A stretch of DNA of 64,000 nucleotides from Escherichia phage vB_EcoM_WFH, in sequence record NC_048194.1, one strand, 5' to 3'. The notes beneath the pieces are model-generated. The model searched no databases, had not been told where the DNA came from, and worked only from the letters and a program-made list of their open reading frames with translations. Positions 57,677 to 64,000 of the stretch are shown one piece after another. The position numbers and the translations under genes are program-made. Within the stretch, counting starts at the first letter, position 1. The number at the start of each line of letters is the position of its first letter.

Positions 57677-57967
57677 ATGAATATTGTAATTCTTTATGGT
57701 GAGAATATCAGCGATGACGACATCGAAGTTGCCGTTGATGTTTACGGTATCGATGAGGTGAAACGTGTTGAAGAAATTAATGGCTCAAATCTTAATGAGA
57801 TTGCCAAAGAAGCTGGTTGCCCTTCTGAAGAGATTCTGGTGGTTACTAACGATGACCTGTCTTCTATGGATTGTTTGCGCCGCATCTTCACCGATTGCCA
57901 ATACCTTCATTCTGTTCAGTCAGTAAACAAATTGAGAAAGGCATACGCTGACCAATTTCCTTGCTGA
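57677..57967 (+). CDS. Hypothetical acidic protein
   Basis: 96-aa ORF followed by a terminator. Confidence 0.5.
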   Translation: MNIVILYGENISDDDIEVAVDVYGIDEVKRVEEINGSNLNEIAKEAGCPSEEILVVTNDDLSSMDCLRRIFTDCQYLHSVQSVNKLRKAYADQFPC

Positions 57968-58018
57968 TAGTTCACCAGTTATATTGCTTTAAACTGAGTT
58001 TTACTATATTAATATACA

Positions 58019-58045
58019 ACGCCAGATTTCTGGCGTTTATTTACC
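58019..58045 (+). terminator. Rho-independent terminator
   Basis: ACGCCAGA-TT-TCTGGCGT followed by TTATTT. Confidence 0.65.
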
Positions 58046-58103
58046 GCACCCTGAAAGGATATATCCATGCAACAATATAACAAAGCCGTATCAGGAGGAT
58101 TAA

Positions 58104-59774
58104 ATGTCAATTGAACATGACAATCTTCCAGAGGATACAGGTGATGAATTTGGTGCAATCTTTGACGAAATTCAAGACGCTGGTGTTTCAGAAGAAATGC
58201 AAGCGGCAGAGCAGCAAGGCACCAGAGCTAAAATCAGCCTACAGCACAAGGCTGTTGAGAAAGATGCAGAGCGCATGGAATGCTACGGTGAAGAAGACTT
58301 GGTTGAAAGAGCACGTTTGCTCGCCTCACTTCAGGTAATCAAGTTCCCTCATTATAAACCGACGAAAGATGATTTTGTTCTTCAGGCGGACCGGACGAGT
58401 GACATGAACCGTTATGCGGTTTTCGACGCGTTGTTTGATAAGGGAAGCGGCATCGTCCCATTCCCTCACAAAGATACTTTTCGTGGACGCTTAGTCGACC
58501 ATCGCGGCGAAACATTCACCGACCGGACGTTGGAAGTCACAGAGATAGTTGCCGCTGTCGATGCAGCAGGCCTGTCCAACCCAAACTCACGTCAGGTCGC
58601 TCAATCCTATAAGGAATGGGCCATGCGTTATCAGCGCGACGACCTGATGGACTTCTTCTACAAGAAGCTTCCTGAATGGGACGGTACTGCGCGCATTGAG
58701 AAATACCTTATCGAGCTATTCCGACCGTTCGATACAGAGTTAAACCGACAAATCGGTGTGTATTTTTGGCTATCGCTCTATAACCGCCTGACCAACCCTG
58801 GCTGTCAAGCGCCAATCTCCATCGCGCTCATCGGCGGCCAGAACGCAGGGAAGAGTTATTTTAGTAAGCTGCTTTGCGAAGCTATTATGAACGACCGCCA
58901 CGCAACACCGATTCCGTTGAACTTGGCCGCGCAGAACTTCAACCCGTTCTTGCGAGCTATTACGGGTCGCTCAATTATCGCGAACGTTGGCGAGATGACG
59001 GGCTTTAAAAAGGCCGACATCGAAAACATGAAGGCATTCCTGACTAAGACGGAAGATGACCTGGACTTCAAATTTGAAGACACGCAGGTCAAACCACGCC
59101 AGTGGATTGCTATCATGGACGGCAACGAATACGCAGGCATGCAGCGTGACGATACGGGCAACCGTCGTGTGTATCCTATCTTTGTTGGCCAACTCGCCGA
59201 CAAGGACGGGCAACCGAACTGGTCAAAAGACTTCCAAGCTGACCTTTCCACTTTGAAAGAAGACGTTTGGCAACTGATGGCTGAGTGTGCTGCGTGGATG
59301 GAGAAGCACGGCGAAGCAGGTTACAACGCGTTTGTCGGTGAAACGTCTCGCATGCTTACTGAGTTCAGTAAGAACGAAATGGAACGCGCTCGCGGCGTTA
59401 TCCGTGATGAGATGGTCGACAACGACCTTGTTGAAGTCGTCATTACCGCGCCTTATGACCGACATCACAGCGGACGCTGGCACATCACCAGTGGTGCAAT
59501 CGCTATGGGATTCAGAGCTAAGTGCGGCAAGTCGCCTTTCTCACGTACCCTTGCGCCGCACATGTCGAAGCTTGGATTTGAGCCTGCAACCTATCGCAAC
59601 CAGCGCGGCTACTTTACGCCGCTGATTAAGAATGAAGCAGGGGAATACATTTCTGACTTGATGACTATCTTAGCGTATCTTATTCGCGACGAGTCTGACC
59701 CTGAAGATATTGAATTCTTGAAGAAGGTTATTGAACGCAAACGTTCTTTAGGAAGAGATAAGGATGAATTCTGA
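58104..59774 (+). CDS. VirE / D5-like P-loop NTPase (putative replicative helicase or primase partner)
   Basis: Walker A IGGQNAGKS; strong RBS CAGGAGGA. Confidence 0.5.
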   Translation: MSIEHDNLPEDTGDEFGAIFDEIQDAGVSEEMQAAEQQGTRAKISLQHKAVEKDAERMECYGEEDLVERARLLASLQVIKFPHYKPTKDDFVLQADRTSDMNRYAVFDALFDKGSGIVPFPHKDTFRGRLVDHRGETFTDRTLEVTEIVAAVDAAGLSNPNSRQVAQSYKEWAMRYQRDDLMDFFYKKLPEWDGTARIEKYLIELFRPFDTELNRQIGVYFWLSLYNRLTNPGCQAPISIALIGGQNAGKSYFSKLLCEAIMNDRHATPIPLNLAAQNFNPFLRAITGRSIIANVGEMTGFKKADIENMKAFLTKTEDDLDFKFEDTQVKPRQWIAIMDGNEYAGMQRDDTGNRRVYPIFVGQLADKDGQPNWSKDFQADLSTLKEDVWQLMAECAAWMEKHGEAGYNAFVGETSRMLTEFSKNEMERARGVIRDEMVDNDLVEVVITAPYDRHHSGRWHITSGAIAMGFRAKCGKSPFSRTLAPHMSKLGFEPATYRNQRGYFTPLIKNEAGEYISDLMTILAYLIRDESDPEDIEFLKKVIERKRSLGRDKDEF

Positions 59775-60421
59775 TGAATAAAGCAATCAACATCGCTAAA
59801 TTCTTTCAACATCTCGGTGAACTGAACAAAGAGAGTGACGTTCACGGAGAAGAAATGAACCGGATGATTTCAACCGTGTTGCGTGGTTTTGGTTACGATA
59901 AGGACTCAATCACCTGTAAGCGCACGAAGCTTGTCGATGAGACATACCTTTACTACGTTGAATTGCGCGTAGGCAAAGATTTGATGATCATCGACCCTAA
60001 ATTGGAAGGGGCGCACTGTTTTGGCGCTCACCCTCGTGCGAGTGAATTCAAGGGTCGCGGTCGCAACCGACTCCAGAAGCTTGATGATGCAGGCGACCTG
60101 AACATCTCGATGTTCCTCAAAGAGTTCCTTGCTCTGCCGAAGGTTGCATCTTCAACGGGCCGTGATGACCTGTGCAAGATTGGATTCAGAACTAAAGATT
60201 TGCGCAATGCGCTACGCAAGAAGGGATTTGTGCCTTCTTATGATAACGTCGCCGCGCTGATGGCTTCCATGGAGGAAGCTGAAGCAATGGACAAGGTGCG
60301 CGGCTATTTCCTGAATACAGGCTACACAATGTATGAGTGGCACACCAAAGGATTGACGGTCGCCGACTTCATCTATTCATTAGAGCAGAAGTATGTACGC
60401 AATATGCAGGCCACAGGATAA
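59774..60421 (+). CDS. Hypothetical protein
   Basis: 215-aa ORF, ATGA overlap. Confidence 0.5.
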   Translation: MNKAINIAKFFQHLGELNKESDVHGEEMNRMISTVLRGFGYDKDSITCKRTKLVDETYLYYVELRVGKDLMIIDPKLEGAHCFGAHPRASEFKGRGRNRLQKLDDAGDLNISMFLKEFLALPKVASSTGRDDLCKIGFRTKDLRNALRKKGFVPSYDNVAALMASMEEAEAMDKVRGYFLNTGYTMYEWHTKGLTVADFIYSLEQKYVRNMQATG

Positions 60422-60460
60422 TTATCATCAAAATATTTGCTTTTCTGACGAGGTGATATT

Positions 60461-60685
60461 ATGATTAATTTAGACAGGATTGAGTTAGCACTTAGTACCT
60501 TAATCAAATATTACCAGTTTGCTTTTAAGGCTAGTTTATTTGGCTTGTTCAATCCTCATCAAGCAGCAAAGGCGCGAAGCAATGCCAACCGCCTGCGCTG
60601 CACTGGTATAGTCATCCACGACCGGATATTGACAGAGGGTAGATTCAGCCATGAATACACAAGGGAGAATAACAAAGCAACGTAG
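60461..60685 (+). CDS. Hypothetical small protein
   Basis: RBS GAGGTGA. Confidence 0.45.
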   Translation: MINLDRIELALSTLIKYYQFAFKASLFGLFNPHQAAKARSNANRLRCTGIVIHDRILTEGRFSHEYTRENNKAT

Positions 60686-60860
60686 GGCTTTACAAGTCCT
60701 CACCCACTACCTGACACGCCTTTATCCTACGGCGCACGAGCAGAATCCATCAACTGGTCACCTGTTTAAGCGCCGTAACCTTTCGTTGAAAACATTCGCT
60801 TTAATCCAATACGACCGATACCTGGACGGGCGCTACTGCGGCCCGAAGGACTCACTATGA
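60651..60860 (+). CDS. Hypothetical small basic protein
   Basis: Overlaps the 3' end of the previous gene. Confidence 0.35.
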   Translation: MNTQGRITKQRRALQVLTHYLTRLYPTAHEQNPSTGHLFKRRNLSLKTFALIQYDRYLDGRYCGPKDSL

Positions 60861-61135
60861 TTTCTACATACAAAGTGTTCTTTGTCAAGTGCACGTCATC
60901 GATTGATGACCAGTTTACTGCTGGAAAGAATTATCCCGTGATTTCTGAGTCAAGACTAGATATAATCTTGAACGATCATGAAATCTATGAGCCGATGCCG
61001 GCAACTGCGTTTGATGTTATCGGTCACGTTCGGATTAAGACGAATGTTGGAACGATGCATGACCCGTTGTTCAAGAAGCAAATTAAGAATGCCATGCAAG
61101 ACTTTTGCTCGGCTATGTTTAAATACTATAAGTGA
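60857..61135 (+). CDS. Hypothetical protein
   Basis: ATGA overlap. Confidence 0.45.
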   Translation: MISTYKVFFVKCTSSIDDQFTAGKNYPVISESRLDIILNDHEIYEPMPATAFDVIGHVRIKTNVGTMHDPLFKKQIKNAMQDFCSAMFKYYK

Positions 61136-61142
61136 GTTGAAG

Positions 61143-61364
61143 ATGAGAAAGAAAACTCTTAAGGCTGGGGACCGCATCCGTTGGATGTCAGGACAGAATA
61201 TGCGAGCAGGCACCATCCTTGAGCTGGATCAATACCTTACTGATTCGCGTGGTCGCAATCACTATCGCGTTCGAATCGATACGGTAAAAGAAGATGACAA
61301 GTCACTGGTTGGTGAAGTGGTCATCGTTACTCCACGTCAAATTAAGGCGGCTTGTGAAGCATGA
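61143..61364 (+). CDS. Hypothetical small protein
   Basis: ORF 60978-61364 trimmed to MRKKTLK. Confidence 0.45.
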   Translation: MRKKTLKAGDRIRWMSGQNMRAGTILELDQYLTDSRGRNHYRVRIDTVKEDDKSLVGEVVIVTPRQIKAACEA

Positions 61365-61516
61365 ATAAATTTCAGTTTAACGATAACAAAATCAATAAGG
61401 CAGATGCAATCAAGCAGCTTCGGCGCGTACTTGAAGCCAGCGGCCACACGAAAGAGCGTGCACGCGTCTTAGCCAAAGAACATTATAAACGTTTTGTGTC
61501 ACAAATCAGAGGTTGA
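61361..61516 (+). CDS. Small hypothetical protein (51 aa), not in the ORF track
   Basis: ATGA overlap with the upstream gene; basic, helical-looking. Confidence 0.35.
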   Translation: MNKFQFNDNKINKADAIKQLRRVLEASGHTKERARVLAKEHYKRFVSQIRG

Positions 61517-61518
61517 CC

Positions 61519-61866
61519 ATGGCTCATGTTAAAGACGAAGTGTTGTTTGGCGCAGAGATTAAGAAGCGTGTCAGAGAAATGGCAGGAGAAGAAAGAATGA
61601 AACCGCTGCGAAAAGGTTTTGATCACATCAATGGCGTATCCGGCACGAAGGAGATGGGCGTGTTGGTAAAAGACATTCGCATTGGGGATGTCATGGTCAT
61701 CGACCGACAAGCGCGAGTTGTTATCCAGGTGCAACCGAACGATGATGAAGGATGTGTCCTATTGAAGCTGAAGAAGCTTTCATCCAGCCCAGCAAAGGCC
61801 GTCATTAAGAAGGTCTGGCCCGAAGGATTACGCAAACTCATTCGTCGACCCGTGGAGAATGTATGA
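61519..61866 (+). CDS. Hypothetical protein
   Basis: RBS AGAGGT before the ATG at 61519. Confidence 0.5.
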   Translation: MAHVKDEVLFGAEIKKRVREMAGEERMKPLRKGFDHINGVSGTKEMGVLVKDIRIGDVMVIDRQARVVIQVQPNDDEGCVLLKLKKLSSSPAKAVIKKVWPEGLRKLIRRPVENV

Positions 61867-62102
61867 TGGAAGATTATATCAACGCAATGTACATGGCATT
61901 CTATGTCGTACAACTTCCCAATGGCGCGGTATTTTATGGCGAGTATACCTTTGACGTTCAATATGACGTCTCAGAGCGTACAGTGTTAACAAGGGAGTTG
62001 ATTGCGGACCTTAAGGACGACATCAAGCGCGTCGCGCGGCAGCAGTTCAATTTGGATGACACCGTCATCGTTCGAATTACCGGAATAACAGAGGTGCAGT
62101 GA
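61863..62102 (+). CDS. Hypothetical protein
   Basis: ATGA overlap. Confidence 0.45.
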   Translation: MMEDYINAMYMAFYVVQLPNGAVFYGEYTFDVQYDVSERTVLTRELIADLKDDIKRVARQQFNLDDTVIVRITGITEVQ

Positions 62103-62431
62103 TGACCCGTGATCAGATACTCGCCGCGCATGAGCGTGGGTTGATAAAGGAAGTGTGGAAGAAGGCCAATGCCTTTGCTGATTCTTATTACTTCTTAAAG
62201 AAGTGCATCAAGCAAAACGCAAAGATGGATAACACTGTATTGACATTCAACCTTTTGTCTAACGGAGCGAAGCTTGATGCAATATGCGGTTGCAGAATTG
62301 CCAGTGTGATGTTTGAACGAGGTGCTCACAAAGACTCTTTCTTCTATCAATTCTCTCACCGGACGGGTGATACAAAGATAACAAGGACGCGTGAAGAGCT
62401 GGAGATTGACCTACTCCACTATGTAAAATGA
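62099..62431 (+). CDS. Hypothetical protein
   Basis: RBS GAGGTG; start at 62099 or 62102. Confidence 0.5.
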   Translation: MMTRDQILAAHERGLIKEVWKKANAFADSYYFLKKCIKQNAKMDNTVLTFNLLSNGAKLDAICGCRIASVMFERGAHKDSFFYQFSHRTGDTKITRTREELEIDLLHYVK

Positions 62432-62434
62432 ATA

Positions 62435-62484
62435 TCAAAAAGGTGAGCTAAATGCTTGCCTTTTCTTTTATCAATACTTATACT
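62435..62484 (+). promoter_or_regulatory. sigma70-like promoter with a 26-bp upstream block repeated at the window end (63975-64000)
   Basis: CAAAAAGGTGAGCTAAATGCTTGCCT occurs at 62435-62461 and 63975-64000; here TTGCCT, 17-nt spacer, TATACT (62479-62484). Confidence 0.5.
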
Positions 62485-62516
62485 CTTTTCATCAAGACTA
62501 ACAAGTGAGGTGAATT

Positions 62517-62834
62517 ATGATTTACTTAGGCATCGACAAGGAACAAGACGAGCGGTTAGGAAGCGTGTTAAACGTAGACTTGAACACAGCTGTACATATC
62601 AAGCCTTGGCCAGATGGCCACCCCGACGTAGTTGTACCCGTTGCACCTTGGACGCGTTACGTGGCCATTGACGATGATGGCCTTGTCCATTGTTATTCAG
62701 AAAGGCCAACGTATTTCGAGCTTCACCGCGAATGGCTGATGACTGGATGGGCAAAGGTGCGCTGTTGCGGCGAAGTCGGTCTGGAATGCTGGGGATTCAA
62801 GGCTAGTGAATCGTGTGTCGAGGTGCAATTATGA
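62517..62834 (+). CDS. Hypothetical protein
   Basis: RBS GAGGTG. Confidence 0.5.
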   Translation: MIYLGIDKEQDERLGSVLNVDLNTAVHIKPWPDGHPDVVVPVAPWTRYVAIDDDGLVHCYSERPTYFELHREWLMTGWAKVRCCGEVGLECWGFKASESCVEVQL

Positions 62835-63049
62835 ATGCCGCGCTGGGTAAGCTGTCTTTCAACAAGCGCAATGAGCTGCGCATGGTGTCGCGCTTTCAAC
62901 AAACGTATTCATCACTAATAAAGATTGCAAATAAGGCCGACTCTAGAGCTTGCCATAAAGAAGAATGGGAAGCATTGAACGAGCGTCGTAAACAATTACA
63001 ACATGCTGCATTCAAGCTGCAGCAATATGCTATGGAGTATGCAAAATGA
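62831..63049 (+). CDS. Hypothetical small protein
   Basis: ORF 62813-63049 trimmed to the ATGA-overlap start. Confidence 0.45.
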   Translation: MNAALGKLSFNKRNELRMVSRFQQTYSSLIKIANKADSRACHKEEWEALNERRKQLQHAAFKLQQYAMEYAK

Positions 63050-63330
63050 AGGTGCAACGCTGCCCACATTGCTTGTCAACTATGCGACTTCCTGTTGAAG
63101 AATATTTACATCACGTTAACGTTTGTGAAGCTAATCCTGAAAATTCGACGCGTTACTATTATCACTATCACGCAGAAGCGGAAGATGGATCAGGCGCAAC
63201 AGGAATCGTTACCACGAAAGAAATGGTGATCACCAAAAAGGCGTATGAAAGCCTGCTGGATACAATAAAGGAAGTATCTGGAAAAGAAATAATCTGCATT
63301 AAATCTTTGTCTTTCTTACACGAGGTGTAA
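63046..63330 (+). CDS. Zinc-ribbon-like small protein (tandem paralog 1)
   Basis: RCPHCLSTMRLPVEEYLHHVNVCEANP; ATGA overlap. Confidence 0.5.
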   Translation: MKVQRCPHCLSTMRLPVEEYLHHVNVCEANPENSTRYYYHYHAEAEDGSGATGIVTTKEMVITKKAYESLLDTIKEVSGKEIICIKSLSFLHEV

Positions 63331-63331
63331 A

Positions 63332-63715
63332 ATGAGAATGAAACGTTGTCCGTATTGCCACGATGTGATGCATCTTCCACATGAAGAGTTTGTGCAGCAC
63401 ATGACTAACTGTGATAAGAATCCTAATAGCGAAAGCCAACTTGAAGAAAGAATGTTCTTGGTGTCATTCAAAGCTTCTGCTTATGAAGTGCAACGTTCTT
63501 ACGGCGCACCAAGTACGATTTACTGTCCAACGACATTGAGAAGCGACATCGACTCAATTCAGCTTGCGGCCTGGATTAACGTTAAGGAAGGAATCACGCC
63601 GCACTTTATCGCGCGCATCCAATCCCAGATTCTACAAATCAAGCGCGAATACAACCGTGACATCACTGAAGTGAAGGTGTTGTCTATCACACCGATGAAT
63701 AAGGAGTTGCCGTGA
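63332..63715 (+). CDS. Zinc-ribbon-like small protein (tandem paralog 2)
   Basis: KRCPYCHDVMHLPHEEFVQHMTNCDKNP, same C-x2-C ... H ... C spacing as paralog 1. Confidence 0.5.
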   Translation: MRMKRCPYCHDVMHLPHEEFVQHMTNCDKNPNSESQLEERMFLVSFKASAYEVQRSYGAPSTIYCPTTLRSDIDSIQLAAWINVKEGITPHFIARIQSQILQIKREYNRDITEVKVLSITPMNKELP

Positions 63716-63972
63716 ACAAGGGTCCGATGACTAAGTTAGCCGTTGCCGCGCGGAAGCTTCGACAAGCCGTTAATGGGTCGCGGCCCGTGGTGTTAACACT
63801 CGACGATGCAAAGGCACTGGTAGAGCTACTCGACGAGCACAACCGACGCAAGAATCTGGAGAACACATTACGCTGGCGCGTTACTCCGAAAGGGCGGGAG
63901 AGCGAGAAGAAAGCTTACTTGCGACGCAAACTAAGGTCAGTCGGCCTCCACGAAGAGGCGAAGAATATTTAA
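63712..63972 (+). CDS. Hypothetical basic protein
   Basis: GTG start overlapping the upstream stop; followed by the repeated promoter block. Confidence 0.4.
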   Translation: MNKGPMTKLAVAARKLRQAVNGSRPVVLTLDDAKALVELLDEHNRRKNLENTLRWRVTPKGRESEKKAYLRRKLRSVGLHEEAKNI

Positions 63973-64000
63973 TTCAAAAAGGTGAGCTAAATGCTTGCCT

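Noticed and set aside
1-64000. Prophage boundary or integration module
   Set aside because: No integrase, excisionase, repressor or att-like flanking repeats identified.

Overview
The window reads as most of a tailed dsDNA phage genome with a contractile-tail (myovirus-type) structural module, inferred from motifs and gene order only; no database search was possible. Layout: (i) 1-9300, an accessory/early region with an HTH protein, a compositionally distinct CG-rich island (about 1260-3250) carrying three paralogous small acidic proteins each behind a near-identical promoter cassette, a 650-bp repeat-dense non-coding region, and a leftward block including an orphan tail fibre with a C-terminal self-cleaving chaperone domain; (ii) 9423-37979, the plus-strand morphogenesis module (large terminase, portal, MuF-like protein, protease/scaffold, capsid, sheath, two tube paralogs, tape measure with a transglycosylase domain, baseplate, two fibres, GH19 endolysin), interrupted at 16040-16320 by an origin-like iteron/AT-rich element; (iii) 38005-55552, a minus-strand replication and nucleotide-metabolism module (ligase, MazG, embedded Rz/Rz1 spanins, SNF2 helicase, VRR-NUC, DnaE-type polymerase coupled to a DnaQ exonuclease, Dda-like helicase) containing an unusual enzyme cluster (VOC, SDR, HAD, divergent ThyX-like, secreted protein, flavoprotein) and an ER/K-rich wHTH protein; (iv) 55713-63972, plus-strand primase, VirE-like NTPase and small early genes. 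No integrase, repressor, reverse transcriptase, CRISPR array or rRNA was seen; tRNAs were not detected by eye but not excluded. The best candidates for something undescribed are the enzyme cluster at 48325-52909, the island at 1260-3250, the portal's pyrophosphatase-signature C-terminal extension, and the two dispersed repeat systems.
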